From Cyanobacteria bacterium auto_48_18 (GTDB lineage Bacteria > Cyanobacteriota > Vampirovibrionia > Obscuribacterales > Obscuribacteraceae), in contig JAVHQC010000038.1 of NCBI GenBank assembly GCA_036170915.1, positions 1 through 25,654 on the forward strand: DNA of 25,654 nucleotides, in the 5' to 3' direction. The notes beneath the pieces are model-generated. The model did not search any database. It had not been told where the DNA came from and saw nothing but the letters and a program-made list of their open reading frames with translations. Of this stretch, positions 25,614 through 25,654 are shown in pieces. Positions within the stretch are counted from its first letter, which is position 1. Each line of letters opens with the position of its first letter. The position numbers and the translations under genes were made by a program.

Positions 25614-25654
25614 TTTTAAAGTTCGGGTTTTTCGATCACATTGCTAATTTTAGC

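Overview
Bacterial chromosomal window, mostly housekeeping genes from a Gram-negative (LPS-making) organism. The style (many TPR proteins, dispersed nuoN/carA/potC, frequent TTG/GTG starts) suggests a non-photosynthetic cyanobacterial relative such as Melainabacteria/Obscuribacterales; this is an inference. Gene order: nuoN/ndhB (minus strand, runs off the left edge, absent from the ORF track), carA, HAD phosphatase, TPR protein, lptC, a three-repeat LptA-like gene, lptB, lptF/G, TPR, aroK, hypothetical, aroQ, TPR, hypothetical, Nudix hydrolase, iscA-family gene, a YgfZ-TPR fusion and an orphan potC. Next is an accessory trio (lethal-factor-like HEFGH metalloprotease, exported TPR protein, T4-type lysozyme with a long N-terminal extension), then ileS (minus) and suhB. 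Best-supported unannotated element: a complete ribosome-stalling transcription attenuator upstream of ileS (promoter, Ile-containing leader peptide, antiterminator, terminator). Other notable items: the candidate effector cassette whose two enzymes share an N-terminal LPx[IL]x[IL] motif, a covalent triple LptA, a probable ATT start codon behind an SD-sequestering hairpin, and a triplicated ileS 3' end. No rRNA, tRNA, CRISPR array or transposase was seen.
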